From Gemmatimonadales bacterium (lineage in GTDB: Bacteria; Gemmatimonadota; Gemmatimonadetes; Gemmatimonadales; GWC2-71-9): 41,231 nt of DNA. The notes under the pieces were generated by a model. The model was not told where the DNA came from, ran no database searches, and worked only from the letters and a program-made list of their open reading frames with translations. Numbering within the stretch: the first letter of the stretch is position 1; each line of letters opens with the position of its first letter. Both the position numbers and the translations under genes were made by a program. Below are positions 40,515-41,231 of the stretch, in pieces. The stretch lies in NCBI GenBank assembly GCA_035249405.1, contig DATFGN010000037.1, positions 1 through 41,231 of the forward strand, in the 5' to 3' direction.

Positions 40515-41231
40515 TCAGTTTTCAAGATTTCTATCGATCGCCGTCAACTCGTCCTGCGAAAACGTCATGTTGTCGAGCGCCTCGACCGCGTCGCTGATGT
40601 GCGCCGGTTTGCTCGCCCCGATCAGCGCCGACGTAACGTTCGGATTGCGCAGCGTCCAAACAATCGCCATCTGCGCCAGGCTTTGGCCACGCGCCCGCGC
40701 GATCTCGTTCAGACGCAACACTTTTCCCCGCACCGCTTCCGTCACCTCGTCCCGCTGCAGGTAGCCGTGCGGGTTCGCGGCCCGTGAATGCTTGGGGATT
40801 CCTTTGAAGTACTTGTCGGTCAACAGACCTTGGGCGAGGGGTGAGAACGCGATGCACCCGATGCCAAGATCCTGGACCGCGTCAAACAGCCCTCGTTCGG
40901 GATCGCGCACCAGCATACTGTACTTCGGCTGGTGGATCAGGCACGGCGTCCCCAGCTCGCGGAGTATTTGCGCGGCGCGCCGCGTCAGCTCCGGCGGATA
41001 GGCCGAAATGCCCGCGTACAGGGCCTTGCCCGCGCGCACCGCGCGGTCCAACGCCCCCATCGACTCGTCGAGCGGCGTGTCGGGGTCGGGCCGGTGGTGG
41101 TAGAAGATGTCCACGTACTCGAGCCCCATGCGGGCGAGACTCTGATCCAGGCTCGCGAGCAGATACTTGCGGCTGCCCCAATTGCCGTAGGGACCCGGCC
41201 ACATGTCCCAGCCCGCCTTGGTGGATATGAT
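40515..41231 (-). CDS. aldo/keto reductase (YghZ / L-glyceraldehyde-3-phosphate reductase-like), 5' end outside the window
   Basis: The frame is open to the window edge (717 nt, in frame). AKR blocks are GLEYVDIFYHHRPD, LYAGISAY, IHQPKYSML, GIGCIAFSPLAQGLLT and the C-terminal ALDNMTFSQDELTAID. Confidence 0.9.
   Translation of the reverse strand: MISTKAGWDMWPGPYGNWGSRKYLLASLDQSLARMGLEYVDIFYHHRPDPDTPLDESMGALDRAVRAGKALYAGISAYPPELTRRAAQILRELGTPCLIHQPKYSMLVRDPERGLFDAVQDLGIGCIAFSPLAQGLLTDKYFKGIPKHSRAANPHGYLQRDEVTEAVRGKVLRLNEIARARGQSLAQMAIVWTLRNPNVTSALIGASKPAHISDAVEALDNMTFSQDELTAIDRNLEN

Overview
This is a 41.2-kb high-GC segment (high 60s % G+C by eye, with clear local dips). It comes from a diderm bacterium, as shown by OMP beta-barrels, lipoproteins, a TonB plug, an OmpA-like protein and a HlyD/MacB-type efflux system. 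Three Hanks kinases and tandem Big_2/RCC1 lipoproteins are reminiscent of Gemmatimonadota or Acidobacteriota genomes, but that is inference only. I call about 36 protein-coding genes. I see no rRNA, tRNA, CRISPR array, transposase or integrase. Many genes are coupled by 4-nt start/stop overlaps (ATGA, GTGA, TTGA).

Content from left to right:
- 122-4031: an overlapped operon of secreted protein, zinc-ribbon Ser/Thr kinase, and trypsin-like protease with a beta-barrel-like tail.
- 4179-8413: two tandem paralogous Big_2/RCC1 lipoproteins.
- 8422-9803: a GIY-YIG gene, a 37-bp tandem repeat and a lipoprotein.
- 9833-12247: a large secreted patatin-like phospholipase.
- 12254-14687: a lower-GC patch holding a DUF4404 gene, a displaced copy of the patatin 3' end, a bacterial lysyl-oxidase-like catalytic domain, a small OMP barrel and a YegP-like gene.
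- 14688-19966: two paralogous kinase/TolB-like/TPR genes.
- 19963-21081: a stand-alone LanM-type DUF4135 domain gene.
- 20962-26930: a minus-strand operon of adenylate-cyclase/P-loop/TPR STAND protein, squalene/phytoene-synthase-like enzyme, 68-aa NHLP-leader-like peptide and Pyr4/PaxB-like 7-TM terpene cyclase.
- 26972 to the end: an M4 protealysin-like protease, then ordinary transport and metabolism genes.

The most interesting candidate is the prenyl-enzyme / small-peptide / membrane-terpene-cyclase cassette at 20962-22884 with the convergent DUF4135 gene. It may encode a terpenoid-modified ribosomal peptide. All family assignments rest on motif recognition from memory, not on database searches.
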